Shown piece by piece: positions 6,850-9,768 of a stretch of DNA of 9,768 bases. Numbering within the stretch: the first letter of the stretch is position 1; every line of letters begins with the position of its first letter. The notes under the pieces were generated by a model. It saw nothing but the letters and a program-made list of their open reading frames with translations, was not told the origin of the DNA and did not search any database. The stretch is from Amoeboradix gromovi X-113. Its lineage: Eukaryota; Fungi; Sanchytriomycota. The stretch covers positions 1-9,768 of the forward strand of contig JADGIF010000375.1 of NCBI GenBank assembly GCA_018985225.1, written 5' to 3'. A program made the translations under genes and the position numbers.

Positions 6850-9022
6850 ATGAGTTTAGAGGATTTGACTACACCATTGCTTAGTCCTGCCCAAGATCCT
6901 AAACGTAGACTAGAGCCCGCAGATGCCAAAAAGATTACCGCTGTTAGGAAGTTTTCTACACTTGTTAAAATTATGTTTGGCAAGACCGAGTTTGGGATTC
7001 TTTTTGTTCATTCTTTATTGCTAATTTACAGATCCATCTTATCGGTGAAGGTTGCTCAGTTAGATGGTTACATAGCTAGCTTCTTAATTAATAAGAAATT
7101 ATACAAATTTTTACTTCATATTGCGTACTGGATGTTGCTTTCTATCCCTGCTACTCTAACTAATTCACTATTAAACTATTTCCAAAGCTATCTTAGTCTT
7201 CGTCTGCGCAATAATCTTACCCGCTATATTCACTCTATTTATCTGAAAGACAAACTATTTTACAAAGTTAGCAACTTGGATGATCGAATCAAGAACTGCG
7301 ATCAGTTAATCACTCAAGATATTTTGCTGTTTACGAATCAAATCACTGTAGTCTACAGCAACATTCTCAAACCGGTGTTTGATGTTTATATGTATATGCG
7401 TCAATTAAGCCTGCGAGTTGGAGCTAAAAGTGTGGCTGGTATATTTGGTTGGGTCAACATGACATCAATAGTGCTATATATCATATCACCATCATTTAGT
7501 CAGTTAGTTAAAAAAGAGCAAATGCTGGAAGGGGAATACCGGTTTACCCATGCTCGATTAATTGAAAACCATGAGGAAATTGCTATGTACTCTGGATATT
7601 TTCAGGAAAAGAATATCTTGCTGAAATCATTCCAACAGCTTATGAAGCACAACAACGTTATTTACAAATCCAGGCTGTTTTACAACAGCTTTGAAGAATT
7701 TATTATCAAGTACTTGTGGGGTTGTGCAGGGCTGTTAATGTGTGGCTATCCGGTATTTGATAAGCAGATCAACCAACTAATCCAGTTGGTAAGAAGGCAA
7801 TACATTTCAAACGGCTTTGGCGGTGTATGGCAAGTTATAAATAATTTAAATAGGCTAAGCAGTATGCAAAAACAGAGCAGCGGAGACCATTCCAAAGTAG
7901 CTGACAGAATGGAGCAATTTACTACCAATCGTAGGTTGCTGATGAATGGATCAGATGCGTTTGGTCGAATTTTATACTCGTTCAAGGATGTTGCTGAGTT
8001 GAAGGGCTATACTGATAGGGTTTATGACTTGATAAACGTTTTAGATGATGTGAGCAATAACAGAACCGTCAAGTCCCTCGTTGGCGGTAACATATTAACA
8101 ATCGCAAACCGCAAGCTGTACCTTAGTTCTAGTGATAACTTGCAACACACTACTAGGGAGGTCAATAAATATGACATTCTGCGGAATAGGGGTACTATAA
8201 AGGATGCTGACTACATTCAGTTTGATCATGTTCCTGTTATAAGCCCGAATGGTGATGTCTTACTCCGATCCCTTAGCTTGTTTATTAAAAGTGGGACACA
8301 TGTGCTAATAATAGGACCTAACGGATGCGGTAAGTCTTCCCTATTTAGAATATTGGGCGGGTTATGGCCAATACACGGTGGTGTGTTGCACCGGCCATTA
8401 GCAAGTGCTTTCTTTTATATACCACAGAGACCTTATTTGAGTAGTGGCACTTTTAGAGATCAGATTATATATCCACATACCCACGAAGAGATGAAATCTA
8501 GTACTTGAAACTAACTTAGATGGCAAAACCGATAACGATTTATCTGCAATCTTAAAAATCGTTCAAATAGACCAATTGGCCGTTAAAGAAGGATGGGATA
8601 CAGAGAAAGACTGGAAAGATGTGCTGAGTGGTGGAGATAAACAAAGAATAGCAGCAGCTCGGTTGTTTTACCATAAACCACAGTTTGCTATATTGGACGA
8701 GTGCACATCGGCAGTGTCAATGGACATAGAACGTATCATTTACACACACGCCAAGCATCTGGGAATTACGCTAATGACTGTAAGCCATCGTTCTTCTCTA
8801 TGGCAATACCATAATTACATTTTGCAATACGATGGGAGTGGTGGATACGTGTTCTGTGAGTTGGACGCTGAGAAGAGATTGGGGCTACAGGAGGAAAAGC
8901 AAAATATAGAACACCAATTAGCAGGTATTCCAAAACTTGAACAGCGCTTGAAGGATTTGGCGCAAATGTGGAATGAAAGAAGAAGCTCACCTGTTAATAC
9001 AAATTATACTAGCAAAAATTAA
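6850..9022 (+). CDS. Peroxisomal ABCD half-transporter for fatty acyl-CoA (Pxa2-like); exons 6850-8500 + 8520-9022, 717 aa
   Basis: ABCD transmembrane domain ([40 protein letters not shown]-like motif), Walker [17 protein letters not shown], signature LSGGDKQR, Walker [10 protein letters not shown] and H-loop TVSHR. The two track ORFs join in frame once 8501-8519 is removed. The first ATG is 6850. Confidence 0.93.
8501..8519 (+). other. 19-nt spliceosomal intron (ABCD gene, phase 1)
   Basis: GTACTTGAAACTAACTTAG with CTAAC branch. The spliced product reads [31 protein letters not shown], the expected ABCD NBD segment between YP and WKDVLSGG. Confidence 0.93.
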
Positions 9023-9590
9023 AAGACAATATGGTATTACTCAATAAATAGCAATATTTAGATGTCATAATAGTTTAGGTATTACTCACTTCCCAGTCTC
9101 TCCATTGCAAGGGTGAGCTCATAGTATATTGATATTATCTTTTGAAGGGCAATTATGGAATTCTGGCTTTTTATATGTTTCTGAATATCTAACAGATACA
9201 TCTCTAAAACTATTAAAGAATGCCTTTGCCTTTCATATTTTTTATCTTTGAAAAGTTAATCGCAGTTCGGCCACGATTTACTAGCTAAACAAGCAGTATC
9301 TTCGTCAAGCTACACAGGTGCGAAGTCATTCTTGTGATTATCATACAAAAGAACCAATCGACAGGCTCTGCTTTGAAATCTCCGGCGAAATAAATTTATC
9401 TTAATTTAGAGTAGTACATGCTCTAATTCAGAGCTTAGGTAGCCATCATTGGCCATGTTCTTGGCTGGATTTATATCATAATGGAGTTCTATCACTCAGA
9501 AATTAATCCAATAGATAGTCTCCCTCTGTCCACACTTGATAAATCTTTATATATTTTGAAGTCTAGGAGACAATTTTAGTCAGATAATAT

Positions 9591-9768
9591 GGGACACCAA
9601 ATATAAAAACTAGACTAACTCGTTTTTAAAGGTGCTTCATACGGAGGAAATGCTATCGTTAATAAAACATCTTCCTCTGTTATACCAAGATTCTCTCATT
9701 AATTGTATTCCTCTTTTTAAAATAAAACTAGAAGACCCTGCATCTCGTTCAAATATATGAGGTCTTTG
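9591..9768 (-). mobile_element. MITE copy 4 (inverted orientation, runs off the window end)
   Basis: GGGACACCAAATATAAAAACTAGACTAACTCGTTTTT at 9591 is the reverse complement of the right TIR; the rest matches the reverse complement of ~2423-2595. Confidence 0.9.

Noticed and set aside
7753-7785. 33-nt in-frame GT..CTAATCCAG candidate intron in ABCD
   Set aside because: It has a good branch/acceptor, but splicing would delete the family-typical PVF residues at the end of a transmembrane helix; not supportable without cDNA.
7746-7985. 79-aa minus-strand ORF
   Set aside because: Antisense shadow of the ABCD CDS.
8490-8580. ABCD as a split gene, pseudogene or programmed frameshift
   Set aside because: A 19-nt GT-AG intron with CTAAC explains the break exactly and matches two other introns in the window.
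8766-8990. 74-aa minus-strand ORF
   Set aside because: Antisense shadow of ABCD exon 2.
487-9022. Stop-codon reassignment (TAA/TAG read as Gln)
   Set aside because: Conserved CDSs contain no in-frame TAA/TAG once introns are removed, and five of them terminate at TAA at the expected position.

Overview
Compact, AT-rich eukaryotic genomic DNA. The protein content looks like an early-diverging fungus or another unicellular opisthokont; this is inferred from a fungal-type Pxa2-like ABCD, Sgf11 and a CIB protein. Six recognisable genes are tightly packed: adenylosuccinate lyase (-), CIB-family EF-hand protein (+), Dcp1 (-), Sgf11 (+), Ap4A-hydrolase-type Nudix (-) and peroxisomal ABCD half-transporter (+). 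There is also one orphan ORF. The main finding is three ultra-short (19-20 nt) GT-AG introns that the ORF track misses. They share a GTA donor and a branch point fused to the acceptor (YTAAYNTAG, branch A at -6), and removing each one restores a family-conserved protein segment. The window also holds four copies of one non-autonomous TIR element (MITE; 30-bp TIRs GGGACAYCAAATATAAAAACTAGACTAACT), a 43-bp direct repeat bracketing Sgf11+Nudix, candidate start-proximal motifs, a possible structured RNA and two unexplained intergenic stretches. All family assignments come from motif recognition by eye; no database search was run.
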